IMG/VR virus record: IMGVR_UViG_3300022934_000003
Strand: one strand, 5' to 3'
From: a virus
Length of the DNA stretch: 64,000 bases
This document shows positions 63,581 through 64,000 of the stretch, one piece after another. Within the stretch, counting starts at the first letter, position 1. Each line of letters begins with the position of its first letter. Made by a program: the position numbers and the translations under genes. The notes under the pieces are model-generated. The model was not told the DNA's origin. It saw nothing but the letters and a program-made list of their open reading frames with translations, and did no database searches.

Positions 63581-64000
63581 TTAGAATGCGACGTTCATCT
63601 CTACTTTATAAGCCAGATCTGAAGCTGATGAATCATCAGTTACTGAAGCAGAGAAAATACCTCTTTCTACTTTACCAACATAGATATCTGCATCATTTTT
63701 AGTAATATACTTACCTGTTAATGTACCAACTTCTGCAACATCCATAGATGCAACTACACCATATAGATCTTTACCAGCAACTGCATCAGAGATATCACCT
63801 AGGATACCATCATCTTGAGTTACACCAGCAGCGTCTTGTACATCGATATTAACATATGTAACACCAAAACCAGCAACATCGCCACCTACTGAATAAGCAG
63901 TATTAGTTTTACCAGCAGAAGCTTCTTGAGTTTCTACGTTAACTGAAAGACCTTGAAACTCAGTACCTAGAGTAAGGAAACGAGTATCATTTGTTACGTT
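63581..64000 (-). CDS. 3' part of an outer-membrane beta-barrel (porin-like) protein
   Basis: open frame from window edge; amphipathic beta strands; ends AYKVEMNVAF (terminal-Phe beta signal). Confidence 0.7.
   Translation of the reverse strand, partial: NVTNDTRFLTLGTEFQGLSVNVETQEASAGKTNTAYSVGGDVAGFGVTYVNIDVQDAAGVTQDDGILGDISDAVAGKDLYGVVASMDVAEVGTLTGKYITKNDADIYVGKVERGIFSASVTDDSSASDLAYKVEMNVAF

Noticed and set aside
1-64000. Alternative genetic code or MotA-type middle promoters
   Set aside because: Core genes are intact under the standard code with all three stops used; promoters seen are sigma70-consensus or TATAAATA

Overview
About 64 kb of an AT-rich, T4-like (Tevenvirinae/Kyanoviridae-type) lytic myophage genome, probably aquatic and infecting a Gram-negative proteobacterium. 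Nearly all genes are on the minus strand; 63170..63532 is the only credible plus-strand gene. Core T4 genes are present: rnh, dNMP kinase, nrdC/nrdB/nrdA, thyX, primase gp61, helicase gp41, uvsX, gp32, gp59, gp33 and a gp67-like protein. They are driven by near-perfect sigma70 promoters (TTGACA-N16/17-TATAAT) and T4 late promoters (TATAAATA). Accessory content is heavy: (i) nucleotide-sugar, glycosyl-, sulfo- and methyltransferase cassettes; (ii) heme oxygenase plus a PcyA/PcyX-like bilin reductase; (iii) a late block of proteins with T4 capsid-targeting-like N-termini, including two PD-(D/E)xK nucleases, a KxDG ligase-like protein, a P-loop kinase and a nucleotidyltransferase fused to an array of basic modules bounded by prohead-protease-like sites; (iv) a 13-kb biosynthesis/transport cluster (43.7-56.9 kb) with a TctA/TctC transporter, a di-iron protein, an Asn-synthetase-like protein plus a GATase, four paralogous methyltransferases, two sulfotransferase-like paralogs and 2OG oxygenases, preceded by a leaderless ArfA-like leader ORF that contains a terminator hairpin; (v) a partial porin gene. 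No tRNA, rRNA, CRISPR array or mobile element was recognised. All family assignments come from motif recognition, not database searches.
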